In this document: piece by piece, positions 1 to 12,967 of the stretch
Numbering within the stretch: the stretch's first letter is position 1
Layout of the letters: each line of letters opens with the position of its first letter
Assembly: GCF_018350175.1 (NCBI RefSeq)
Contig: NC_058368.1
Location: forward strand, 90,026,001 to 90,090,000
DNA from: Felis catus
Taxonomy: Eukaryota
Reading direction: 5' to 3'
DNA length: 64,000 bases
Made by a program: the position numbers and the translations under genes
Notes under the pieces: generated by a model
What the model saw: only the letters and a program-made list of their open reading frames with translations
What the model was told of the DNA's origin: nothing
Databases searched by the model: none

Positions 1-159
1 CTCCTCCACTCATGCTCTATCTCGGTCTCTCTCAAAGATAAATAAACATTAAAAAAGGGGGGGGGTCTGTTGTGATTAGATTAGACCCCATCTCCCATTT
101 GTTAATGAGTATGCTTAGCCCCGTTTATAGAACACAGGGTCAGCATACATAAAAACCAA

Positions 160-650
160 ATGCCTAGAAATTGGTACAGCAAAACACTTTGACAATGCTT
201 CGGCGTTCCTACTCTTAGCTATCTACTCATCAGAAATGCATGTATAAGGGACCCAGAGCCATGTGTGAGAATGTTTATGACCATGTTTCTTATAATTGCT
301 AGCAAACTGAAAATAACTGAAGTATACATCAACGTTATGTCATGTAGTCATGCAAAGGAATATTATAGCAATGACACAGAATGAATTCTAGCTACACACA
401 ACAACAGGTGAGTCTCCCAGATGTAATGTTGAGTGAAAGAAGTCAGACACAAACGGTTTAAAAAAACAGACAAAAATAAGCCATGGGGGTGGGAGGGGGA
501 GGGAGCTTGAAGATGCATGTTTAGCTGGTAAAAGCAAGGAGGTGATGATCATAAAAATCAGAATGAGTTATCATCTTTGGGGACAGGAGGGATAGTGATT
601 AGTAAGGGGAGGCTTTGGGGATGCTGACGAAACATGATTCTTTGTGACAC
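160..650 (+). mobile_element. Old L1 (L1M-type) 3' fragment
   Basis: L1 3'-end-like text (gaatgtttat..., aatgttgagtgaaagaagtcagacacaa). Confidence 0.55.
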
Positions 651-1064
651 ATCATTGAACTGAGGAACAGGAAGAGAAGCAAAGAGATGAAAATGAGAAA
701 AGCAACATTGGAAATCCGTGGAGTTCCAAAAGAAAGCTGATTTTGAAGTCAGAAGACAAACTATCAGTCAACGCTGAGGGCAGAACAAGATCATTTATCT
801 TCCGTGGACTCTTTCTGAAGCAATTCCTTGAGGATGTACTCCACCAAGAAAGAGAATACAGGAACATATATGACCAGAAGCATGGAGACCAGTGAAAAGA
901 AGTCCCAAGGGTGGTGGCTTTACAGCAGGCCATGAAAGAAACTCCAAGAAAACATATCTTCAAAAAAATGGAATAGACCTTAAACAATAGCTCATGTGAG
1001 CAAGGTGGGAAGCACGGGGGATAGACTTTAGAAAGGGATATTTTTCTTCTCTTAAAAAAATGCT

Positions 1065-1281
1065 GGGGTGCCTGGGTGGCTTAGTCGGGTAAGCATCCGA
1101 CTTGGGCTTAGGTCATGATCTCATAGTTCATGGGTTCGAACCCCACGTCGGGCTCTGTACTGATGGCTCAGAGCCTAGAACCTGCTTCGGATTCTGTCTT
1201 CCTCTCTCTCTGCCCCTCCCCCTCTCATGCTCCATCTCTCTCTCTCTCAAAAATAAATAAATATTTTAAAAAAAGAAAAAA
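1065..1281 (+). mobile_element. CAN-SINE (SINEC_Fc-like)
   Basis: ggggtgcctgggtggct head, (CT)n, A tail, TSD aaaaatgct. Confidence 0.93.
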
Positions 1282-3248
1282 TGCTTATTGGAAACTTATG
1301 GTGGAACGGCTAGAAGAAGTCATGACCTAAAGTGTCAAACAGCTTTAAAAAGACATGATGTTTGAGCAACTGATGGGATGTAAGAAAAGAAAATCCATCT
1401 GACTTTGATGCCAGAAACAATCTCATTCCCTTGTGAGTGACAAGAAGGGTCATGTGATCCTTGGAAAATGAACTGTCATCCTGGCTCTGCTGTTAGAGAC
1501 ATTTGTGTGTGCATGCATACATACTCTGTGTGTCTTGGCTTTCAACTTGTAGACACATCCGAAAGAAGACACACGGAAGACGTAGTTGTAGAGACTGAAC
1601 AGATATGTTCTCTAGCTTGACCATTCGAGACAGAAGTTTGGAGGAGGGGAAAGAGAGTAGAGTCCTGAAGGCAAAAGAGATGGAAGGTGATGGTCTTATC
1701 TTACATACTGGGAGTCCAGAGGCTCCCTTGAAGGTTGATGGAACAAGAAATTTAGGCAAGTTGTTTCAAGTTACAAAGGTAACCAAGGGAAAAGTTCAAA
1801 ATGACGTGAGAGCAAAAAGCTGGGAAGAGTTGGGGGTTTCAAGTAAGTGGTTAAATCTTCAGTTTGGCGGAGTAGACAGACAATTTCTGAAGTTGATACA
1901 TGAGGAAACGGTAATAAAAGTATATTCATCTGGAGTTGAGAAGTGACCACAAGAATTAAAACCAGGAAAAATCGAAGGGAGTTGCTCCCGCAGTTCAAAC
2001 TACTAGTGAGGAAGTAGGTGTCTGCTCAGAAGCTCATAATTAGTCCATTTGGCTCATTTGGGACAAAAACTTTTGAGATCAAGAAAGGTGTGTCTGTTTT
2101 CAAGTTCTTAACACTGAGAAATATATGTAGGTACAAATGCACATGTATATGTGTACATTAATTATATGTTGCACAATAGATTTATCTTTAACATTTTATA
2201 ATTCATATGAATGATGCATTTCCATATGGGCATGTGGATTTATGTATGTGTATACATGTACACATAATGTGAACTGAATTAAAGAGAAACAATTACAAAG
2301 CCACGTGAAATTTCTAATCATTAACCAAATGCTACCATGGACAGCCTTCAATTTAAAACCCATTCAATTAAGTTAGGGCTGTTGGCAAAAAAAAAAAAAA
2401 AAACAAAAACAAAAAAAAACAAAAAAACAAAAAAAAAATTAATAGAAGTGTATAAGTGGAAACAATGTTACAAACTGAATAGAATAAATAGAAACAGTGT
2501 TTTAAATGGTGCTTCAGTTCTGAGGTGGTCTTTGGCAGCTTTTAACCTCTGATGTACTATTAGTACTAATTTGTATAAAATGTACCATCAGGCTACTCAA
2601 TTCTCCCTATTTTCTGGAGGAAAAGGAACTATAAATTTCAACTGGGAACTTGAGATGCCAGAAACACAGCCTCTGCAGGATTTTATTCTTACTATAACAG
2701 TACAAGGAGTTATTTCTAGTAGAATTTTATATATAGTAATTGCTTACGTTAGCGGTTTTGTATCTTGAGGATTTACCATGAGCTGAAATCTTGGCTTCTG
2801 TTTTCTCTTTAGATTTTTTTGTCTGGGAAAAACACAATCAAAACTTATATTTATTATATTCTACTCATGATCTCAACCATTTCCTCCACCATGATACTCC
2901 AGAATATACTTCTATTTTATTCTGTGATAACCAGTGACCCTCCCGCTCCAACTTATTGGCATATTTAAACTGAAGACTTCGTTTCTTGACTGGTCTTACA
3001 TCCTGTGTATTGAATTACTTGGTTCCGAATATAATGATATCAACTAATATGATGAGAAGTCAGTGTGCAAAGAATCGTTGAATCCCATCCTAACTGTAGC
3101 TGCCCTGTCTGTACCTCTGCAGAGCAGTGAGTCCGTCCCACATTCTCAGACAACTTACCTTGGTCTTGACGTGTAGAAGTACCTTGAGTAGAAACAAGCA
3201 GAAAGAGATTTCCTTATTTGTTACTTATTTAAAAAGATAATGCCTTGA

Positions 3249-3476
<228 letters not shown>

Positions 3477-3592
3477 TAATGTTGTCCATAATGGGATAAC
3501 CTTCTGGGTCTTTGGATATATGTTGGGTTTAGACTTAGGGTAAACTGCTAATAACAGTAACCATTTAAATGGTTATATTTTATTTATAAAAT

Positions 3593-3808
3593 TCTTTTTT
3601 TAAATAACTTTTTAAAGTTTATTTGTTTTGAGAGAGACAGCATGAGTGGGGCAGGGCCAGAAGGAGAGGAAGAGAGAGAATCCCAAGCAGGCTCTGCATT
3701 GGCAACACAGAGCCCCATATGGGGCTTGAACCCATGAGACCGTGAGATCATGACCTGAGCTGAAACCGAGAGTCAGACGCTTAACCGACTGAGCCACCCA
3801 GGCACCCC
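3593..3808 (-). mobile_element. CAN-SINE
   Basis: reverse-complement head gagccacccaggcacccc, T tail. Confidence 0.92.
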
Positions 3809-4966
3809 TGTTGATAAAATTCTTAATTAACCTTGGGGAAATTGAAGTCAGCCAGAAGCAGCATGGTCCAGTTTGGGTCACTGAAGAGGGTTAGCAATAT
3901 CAATTAACTCTGTAACCATTTGAGTTTCAGTATTTCTATTTCTATAAAATGGCAATAGTATGAACCTAACAAACTGAGACACTACATATTCTTTTTAGAA
4001 AAACGTTGTTCTAGAAGTAGCTTTTTACCTTGTACTGTGGACATTTCAGGTTTAAATATGTCAGTAGATGGTGTGATATTCAAGATAGCTGTACTTGGCA
4101 TCTCCACAGAAATCAAAGCACTGTAAATTTTAAGGAGAAATTGTAAGTTTCCAGAAAATGAGGTGCTCAGGCACATTGGATGTCCACCACTAGTCTCTAA
4201 GCATTATTGTAAGCATGATTTTGATAACCTTGCCTTGTTATTAAAAAAATCATCACATGTCATGTCTGGAAGAGTCTTTGGAGATCACCCCTTGTGACCC
4301 CTTTTTTTGTTGATGAGTATTTAAGACTACACTCAATTTCATGCTGCTCCCTTTGTTTTAGCATAAATGCTGGATCTTTCTGGTATAGGGACATCACATA
4401 CAAAACTAAGATAAGTTTATTCTTTTGAGTTTGTTTTTAATTTCTCCAGTGTATGCTTTATTTTACTTTTACATTTAAAATTTTTTTTCAGATTATACAA
4501 AAGTATGGTTATTATTTTTTTAATTCAAACAATATAAACAAAGAGGCAAAAATCCTTGACTCCCACAGTTCATTATCATTAACATTTTGGTGAGCATTCT
4601 TACATACGTATGTACATACACACATGAACTCGACCTTCTGTGTTATTGTAAATACTGCTTTTTCCCTCATGGAATGTTTCTGGACCTCAGATATATTAAT
4701 GACCATAGATGGAAACCATTTTTTAAATGGTACAGATGCACAGTATTTATTTAACTAGTCACCTGTTCCTGGATATTTAGATTGTTTCCAGTTTTTGCTA
4801 TTATAATCAATACTGCCACAAACATCCTTAACATGTACTTTGCACGCTTGTCCAGGTCAACTTCTTGGCCAAAGCATACTCTGTGCACCTGGTTTTAATA
4901 TATGCTGACACATTGACCTCAAGAAAGACCATCAATTTTACACTTCCATTAAGAGTATCTGAGAAT

Positions 4967-5098
4967 GGGGTGCCTGGATGGCTCAGTCGGTTGTGTGTCC
5001 AACTTCAGCTCAGGTCATGATCTCATGGTTCCTGAGTTTGAGCCCCGCATCAGGCTTACTGCTGTCAGCACACAGCCTGCTTTGGAGCTTCTGTCTCC
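4967..5098 (+). mobile_element. CAN-SINE, 3'-truncated
   Basis: head and tRNA-like body present, no (CT)n/A tail. Confidence 0.85.
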
Positions 5099-6224
5099 GA
5101 AGCAGTAAGCCTATACATATGTATATTTATAAAAGACTATCTGAGATTTTTGTTGTACTTTACCAATCTAAGAGATGACAAATGATATCTTATTCTTACT
5201 TGTGAAGTTGAGTTCTTTTGCATATTTCTATTAGCCATTTATTTTTAAAGAATTTGTTTTCTGTGGCCTTTGTCCATTTTCCTCTTGGGCTGTTGGTGTC
5301 TTTCTTATGCATTTAGGGAGGATCTTTGGATGCTAAAGCTACCAACTCTCACTTCTTTTCCATTTGACCCCAATTAAGTTGTTTTTGCCATGCTTTTTTT
5401 TTTTTTTTTTTAATTTCAGTTTGGGGTTAAGGTAATAAAATTTTGTAGGTTTCCTGTCATGCTTAGAAAAAGGCTTTTCTACATTAGAACTACATAAATG
5501 TTTATCCATGTTTTAATGTTTTATGATTTCATCATTTACGTTTAAATCTTTGTTCCATTTGGAGTTGATGTGAAGATTGAAGTATGGATCCGATTTTATT
5601 TTTCCCTCGGTTAACCAGCCACCCCGGTTCTATATACTGAATCATTCCTCTTTCCCTTGGTCACTTGAAATGACTGAGGATGTGTGTTTGATGCTCAAGC
5701 AGTGGGACTCATCACTTAACTGTTGGGGTGCCAGGACCAAGGCCTGTGGTAGAGGCCTTTCTAGAACCCTCTTTAAGTAAATACATAACACTGAGGGGTT
5801 CGTCTTCATCATACTAAAGATACAAGTTTCACCTTCATATTTCAAAGCTTTAGAAATTTGTAGATAGTATTTAAGTTTTCGCAGTTAACATATTGCTTTG
5901 TTTAGTCTTTTTCTACCCACAATTTCTATTCTTTTATGTTCAGAGCCTGAAAGACATTATATGTTAAAATTCTGTCGTAATAAGTTACTAGAAACACATA
6001 AAATGTGATTTGATTAAAAGTACATCTTATTTCCAAGGTGAGAACCCTAATCATTTTACTTTTCTCAAATGCCACGTAATAGGATATTTTGGTAAAGCTA
6101 ATAACAATAATAAATACTGAGTTCTGCTGTGATTTGTTTTTCAGTTTTAGTACATTTTAACATTAAACTTAATTTTTATAGTTAAAGTTACGACATGCTG
6201 AGGTAAAATAAATTTTCTTTTCAG

Positions 6225-6283
6225 ATAATTAGTTTGTTAAATGTGTTTACACCACAGAAGACTCTAGAAGAATTTCAAGATGT
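6225..6283 (+). CDS. MAPK9: JNK2 coding exon, ~aa 85-104 (IISLLNVFTPQKTLEEFQDV)
   Basis: ttttcttttcAG acceptor, GTAAGT donor at 6284, 59 nt, phase compatible with neighbours; not in the ORF track. Confidence 0.97.
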
Positions 6284-6385
6284 GTAAGTATCATTTTTAC
6301 TCAGTGATGCACTGTGTATCAAAGACTGAAAACTTAGAAAAGTAACTGCTTGTTTTACTTAGGAAATGTAGGTAGTAGCTATACA

Positions 6386-6620
6386 TTTGTTTGTTTGTTT
6401 GTTTGTTTGTTTGTTTGTTTGTTTATTTAAGAGAGAGAGAAAGAGAGAGAGAGCACATGTGAGCAGCGGAGGGTCAGAGAGAGGGAGAGAGAGAATCCCA
6501 AGCAGGCTCTGCGCTGCCAGCGTGGAGCCAAACGTTGGTCTCAATCCCTCAAACTGAGATCGTGACCTGAGCCGAAATCCAGAGTTGGACGTTTAATCGA
6601 CTGAGCCAACCAGGCGCCCC
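6386..6620 (-). mobile_element. CAN-SINE with (TTTG)n tail microsatellite
   Basis: (TTTG)~10 at 6386-6425, head caggcgcccc. Confidence 0.92.
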
Positions 6621-7103
6621 AAGTAGCAGTATAGTTTTAATGATAGACACTTTTTTCTCTGGAGAAATGTTAAGAAAGATCGATAATAATATTCAGTATT
6701 TGTGCCTAGATATTATCATCTCCGTAACAGGTAAAGGATGACCGAAAATAATTCTTCAGAGGAGACAGTGACCATTAATGCTGCCAATTCACTTTGCTGA
6801 AATACAAAATGTTTTTCTCCACTCCCCCAAAACCCAGGATTGTAGGGTTTGAGTGTTTATAATTATTATTTGAAATGATTATGTTGTTAAATATTGTATG
6901 TTTTCACAATCTGAAATAGAATTATCTTAGAATAAAATGTTAATTTATCATATTGAATGCCCAATCCATCCTAAATTTACTGGTGTATTCATTGAAAAAA
7001 TATTTGATTGCCATTTGTGTGCTAAGCACTCTCTTGGACCTGGCATACTTTAGTGACCCAAAGCAGGCAAAAAATCCCTTTTATTATTTAAAATTGCAGG
7101 TGA

Positions 7104-7473
7104 GGGGCATCTGGGTGGCTCAGTTTCTTAAGCATCTGACTCTTTTCTTTTTTAATTCTTTTTTTAATGTTTATTTATTCTTGAGAGATAGAGACAGCGC
7201 AAGCAGGGGAGGGGCAGAGAGAGAGGGAGACGCAGAATCCAAAGCAGCCTCCAGGTTCTGAGCTGTCAGCACAGAGCCCAACCCAGAGCTTGAACCCACA
7301 AACCACGAGGTCATGACCTGAGCCAAAGTCAGACACTTACCGACTGAGCCACCCAGATGCCCCTTAAGCATCTGACTCTTGATTGATCTCCCCTCAGGTC
7401 TTGATCAGAGTTGTGAGTTCAAGCCCCATATTAGGTTCTGTGCTGGGCTTGGAGCCTACTTAAAAAAAAAAAA
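7104..7473. mobile_element. Nested CAN-SINEs (minus copy 7145-7362 inside a plus copy)
   Basis: inner TSD cttaagcatctgactctt, outer TSD aaaattgc(a/g)ggtga. Confidence 0.92.
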
Positions 7474-7519
7474 TTGCGGGTGATCATAGTCCTTCTGAGA
7501 GCTTTTGAGAAGGCCAGAG

Positions 7520-10340
7520 AAGATAAGCAATCAGCACAAGCAGGGCAATGATGCCATCATAAGAATGTGGCAAGTGCTCTGGAAGAAGTGGGGCATGGTG
7601 TAGGGGTCAGTAGTGCTGGCAGTTAGGAGTCAGGCTGCAATCGTAAGCAGGGTGGTAGGAGAAAGACATCACTGGATTGGTGACATTTGAAGAAAGCCTT
7701 GAAAGAGGTGAGGGGTTAGTCCTACAGGTATTTGAGGGAAGATGGTATCAAGATAGAAGGAACGGCAGAAGTGGGGCAGTGTGGAAGTGGGGCCATTCCT
7801 GGTGGGCTCTGAGTTGCAAGTGGCCGGTGTGGCTGGAGTTGGGCAGCAGAGGAGAGAAGTGGGGGACGCTCAGAGAAGTGATGGGGCCAGACACTGCCAG
7901 GCCTCTGGGCTATTGTAAGGACTTCCTTCCACTCTAAGACAAGGCAGTGAGACTTGAGCAGAGGCGTGAGCTTCTCTGACTTACATTTATATTTTCAAAG
8001 AATAACTTTGGTTTCTGGGTTGTGGTGTGGAGGACTGCAGTGTGGGGACTGTGGTTCAAGGACTGCAGTGTGCAGGACTGTGGCATGGAGGACTGTGGTT
8101 GTGAGTACTACAATGTGAGGACTGCAATGTGAGGACTGCAGTGTGGAGGACTCCACCATGGAGGACCACAGCATGACAACTGCCGCATGAGGAAGGCGGT
8201 GTGGAGGACTGCAGTGTGGAGGACTCCACCATGGAGGATTGTAGCGTGAGGATTGTGGTGTGAGGACTGTAGTGTGAGGACTGCGGCGTGGAGAACTGTA
8301 GTGTGAGGACTGCGGCGTGGAGGACTGTGGTGTGAGGACTGCAGTGTGAGGACTGAGGCGTGGAGGACTGTGGTGTGAGGACTGCAGTGTGAGGACTGAG
8401 GCGTGGAGGACTGAGGTGCGAGGACTGCAGCGTGGAGGACTGCAGTGTGAGGGCTGCAGTGTGGAGGACTGCAGTGTGGAAGACTATAGTGTGAGGACTG
8501 TAGTGTGAGGACTGCGGCATGGAGAACTGTAGTGTGAGGACTGCAGTGTGGAGGACTACAGTGTGAGGGCTGCAGTGTGGAGGACTGCAGTGTGGAGGAC
8601 TATAGTGTGAGGACTGCGGCATGGAGGACTGTGGTGTGGAGGACTGCGGCATGGAGGACTGTGGTGTGGAGGACTGTGGTGTGAGGACTGCGGCATGGAG
8701 GACTGTGGTGTGAGGACTGTGGCATGGAGGACTGCGGTGTGAGGACTGAGGTGTAGAGGACTGCGGTGTGAGGACTGCGGTGTGAGGACTGATGCGTGGA
8801 GGACTGCGGTGTGAGGACTGAGGCGTGGAGGACTGCGGTGTGGAGGACTGCGGTGTGAGGACTACGGTGTGGAGGACTGCGGTGTGAGGACTGAGGCGTG
8901 GAGGACTGCAGTGTGAGGGCTGCAGTGTGGAGGACTGCAGCATAGAGGACTGCGGTGTGGAGGACTGCAGTGTGGAGGACTGCAGTGTGGAGGACTATAG
9001 TGTGAGGACTGTAGTGTGAGGACTGCGGCATGGAGGACTGCGGTGTGGACTGCAGCGTGGAGGACTATAGTGTGAGGACTGCAGTGTGAGGACTGCGGCA
9101 TGGAGGACTGCGGCGTGGAGGACTGTGGTGTGAGGACTGCGGCGTGGAGGACTGTGGTGTGAGGACTGCGGCATGGAGGACTGTGCTGTGAGGACTGTGG
9201 CATGGAGGACTGTGGTGTGAGGACTGCAGTGTGGAGGACTGTGGTGTGAGGACTGCAGTGTGAGGACTGAGGCGTGGAGGACTGAGGTGCGAGGACTGCG
9301 GCGTGGAGGACTGCAGTGTGAGGGCTGCAGTGTGGAGGACTGCAGTGTGGAGGACTATAGTGTGAGGACTGTAGTGTGAGGACTGCGGCATGGAGAACTG
9401 TAGTGTGAGGACTGCAGTGTGGAGGATTGTAGTGTGAGGACTGCGGCGTGAGGACTGCAGTGTGGAGGACTGCAGTGTGAGGGCTGCAGTGTGAGGGCTG
9501 CAGTGTGGAGGACTATAGTGTGAGGACTGCGGTGTGGAGGACTGCGGCGTGGAGGACTGCAGTGTGGAGGACTGCAGTGTGGAGGACTGTGGCGTGGAGG
9601 ACTGCGGTGTGAGGACTGCAGTGTGAGGACTGCAGTGTGAGGAATGCGGTGTGGAGGACTGCAATGTGGAGGACTCCACCATGGAGGATTGTGGTGTGAG
9701 GACGGTAGTGTGAGGATTGTAATGTGGAGGACTCCTCTGTGGAGGACTGCAGTGTGAGGGTAGGGGAGTCGAGAGTGGAGCCTGGTGCTGGCCCAAGCCC
9801 CTTCTAGGTTGAAGGTGCTCCCAGCTGAAATAAGGTGGGCTGCAGGCTGAGCAGACTGGAGGGCGAGGTAGAAGCCGGGATCAGTGTTGGACATGGGCCT
9901 CGAGACATCTCTTGGATGCCCAAGTCGGCCTGGGAACTGGGCGTTTGGGAGAGGGGCCTGGGTGGAGGGTAGGAACTTGAGAGTTGACGGTCTGTGAATG
10001 GTATTTAAAGCATTGAGATCAGAGATCAGAGTAGATGACCAAGACTTGTGATAGAGAAGAGGAGGAGGCTGAGGACCAAGGGTTGGCAGCCCCAATGGTA
10101 AGAAGTTGGGGAAAGGAGCAGGACACAATCAGCCAGGGACATTTTGACACGGCAGTAAGTCATCAGGAGCCTTGAGGAGGACAGCGTCAGCAGAGGGGTG
10201 GGGCTTATGCCCCACTTACTCAAAATGGGAGTAAAAGAAAATGGGAGAAGAATTGGAGATGCCAAGTATACAGACCTCTTTGGGGAGTTTTGCTTGCAGA
10301 GAGAATAAGAATCTGGAGCACAGCTGGTGGGAGAAGAAGG
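7520..10340 (-). mobile_element. Degenerate L2 element interrupted by the minisatellite
   Basis: purine-rich L2-like text on both flanks (tctgacttacattt..., atggtatttaaagcattgagatcagagatca...); recognised from memory of the consensus. Confidence 0.55.
8022..9760. repeat. Minisatellite, 14/15-bp monomers GTGTG(G)AGGACTGYR, ~1.7 kb
   Basis: directly visible tandem array of roughly 120 variant monomers; source of the low-complexity minus-strand ORFs. Confidence 0.98.
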
Positions 10341-10349
10341 TCAGAAATT

Positions 10350-10568
10350 TTCTTTTTTTTTTTTTTTAATTTAAAAAAAATTTTTTTTAACCTTTATTTT
10401 TTGAGAGAAAGAGTGTGAGTGGGGTCGGGGCAGAGAGAGAGGGAGACACAGAATCTGAAGCAGACTCCAGGCTCCAAGCTGTCAGCACAGAGCCTGACAC
10501 AGGGCTCAAACTCATGAACCATGAGATCATGACCTGAGCCGAACTCAGACCCTTAACCGAGGTGCCCC
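10350..10568 (-). mobile_element. CAN-SINE
   Basis: TSD aaggtcagaaattttctt. Confidence 0.92.
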
Positions 10569-10880
10569 AAGGTCAGAAATTTTCTTAAGGTGAAGCAAGT
10601 AACAGCATGGTTTCTATCCTGGTTACTATGATCCAGTAGCAAAAAAAAAATGTAAAGATTTAGGAGAATTTGAATTTTGAGATTCTATTTACTATGATAT
10701 AAAATTGTTTTGTCTTTAACTTGAAATACATCACAGTGGCAGTTTTTTCCTAAGCTTCTACTAAGTTCCATTATATGTTTACTTCTTGACAGGATACCTT
10801 ATAAATGTTTGGAGGAAAGTTATCTTTCTTTTATTTTCTTTTCCTTATCTTTTCTTTTTTTGCTTTAGCCGGTGCAATAA

Positions 10881-11425
<545 letters not shown>

Positions 11426-12617
11426 AATTTTTTTTAAAAGTTGTCAGCATTGAGAATCCAAAGAAACCGTGGGATCGTGTCGAGTTTCCAAATCCTGTTG
11501 AGAGTAGAAGATGTTTTTGTGAAGTGCCTGGTTCTCCCCAGCCCGCTTGAGCCACCCTGGATGTAGGCTTGAGCTGCTCCATTTGATGCTGCAAAAGAAA
11601 AAAATAAAATTTTAACCTTTAATTTTGAAGTGACTTAAAAATTACAAGAACAGGACAGAGAACTACCAAATTATCCCAAACTATTTACCCAGACTCATCT
11701 ATTAATATATTCACCATTATTTGAAATGGCATTTTTAAAGAGCCAGGAATTTAGGTTTGGGGTTGGGAATGGTTAGAGGCTAAGTAGTAAATTATACCAT
11801 TGCTTGAGAAATCTTACCTAAATTATGGGCCAAATATCCATTTCTTATGTTGTAAAATTTTGCCACCCCAGCATCCCAGCCCCACTGTTGGGAACTCTAG
11901 GAATGGCCTTGGGTGGGCCTCTTCACTGGGCTCTCCTGGGATTCGAACGACAGCTGCCTGGACTATCAGGAAGTAACATTTAAAAACCTGTGAGATACAG
12001 TGTAATTCTGTAAGCTGGTTTTAGGAGTTCTTGTTTATTTTTTGACTTGTAGCAGTGTGTAAGCAGACCATCATGATAGATTTTTTCTTTAACAACTAAA
12101 ATGTTGTGTGAGGCTATAGGCAGAGATAATATAATTTTGTTGGAAACATTCTTAGCATTCCCTACGTTATTACCATACTAATTTTGTTGACAGGCTGTTG
12201 TTAGATATTCTCTTCCAACATCAAGAAGTTGTAATTTCTCTGAACGAAAATCTGTGCAGGGAGAAAGATAGTGAGACAGGAACAATGAAGCCTATTCACA
12301 TAGAAAAGAATAGAGAGATTTTCAGTGGTGCAGAGTAGATCATTTAGGTGCCAGGAAACGTTGGCCACAGCGGCATAGCCCACCCATTCTGAGAGGACTA
12401 AGCTGCCCTCGCCCCTCATCCTCGTCCTGGGCCTCAGGTCTGTGACCCCAAAGCCAGCATGCGTGGGCAGCGTACCTGGTCCTCCCAGGGCCTGTCTGGG
12501 GCATCATACACTGAGACGTCCTCCTGACCGGGTGCTGTTTCTTAAAATGTGGCCTTTGCTGCCACCAAGTGTTCAGTTCGAATAATACAAATTTGGTTTA
12601 AAAATAGCATTATTTCT

Positions 12618-12967
12618 CTTTTTTAAGTTTTTATTTAAATTCCAGTTAGTTGACATATAGTGTAATATTAGTCTCAGGTGTACAGTATAGTGATTCAACA
12701 GTTCTATACATCACCCAGTGCTCATCACAACATGTGCCCTCCTTAATCCCCATCACCTATTTAACCCATTCCTTACTCACTTCCCCTCTGGCAACCATCA
12801 GTTTGTTCTCTAGAGTTAAGAGTCTGTTTCTTGGTTTGCCTGTCTCTCTCTCTCTCTCTCTTTCTCTCTTTTTTATCCCTTTGCTTGTTTTTTTGTTTGT
12901 TTTGTTTCTTAAATTCCACATATGAGTGAAATATGGCGTTTGTCTCTGCCTTTTTCACTTAGCATTA
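12618..12967 (-). mobile_element. Carnivore L1 3' end fragment
   Basis: tcaggtgtacagtatagtgattcaacag...aaattccacatatgagtgaa; similar to the 17.5-kb copy. Confidence 0.8.

Noticed and set aside
8022..9760. CRISPR-like array
   Set aside because: Contiguous variant monomers with no unique spacers, no cas genes, and mammalian DNA
8056..10128. Long minus-strand ORFs of 113-295 aa rich in QSST/HTAVL
   Set aside because: They are translations of the minisatellite, open in several frames, with no domain or splice support
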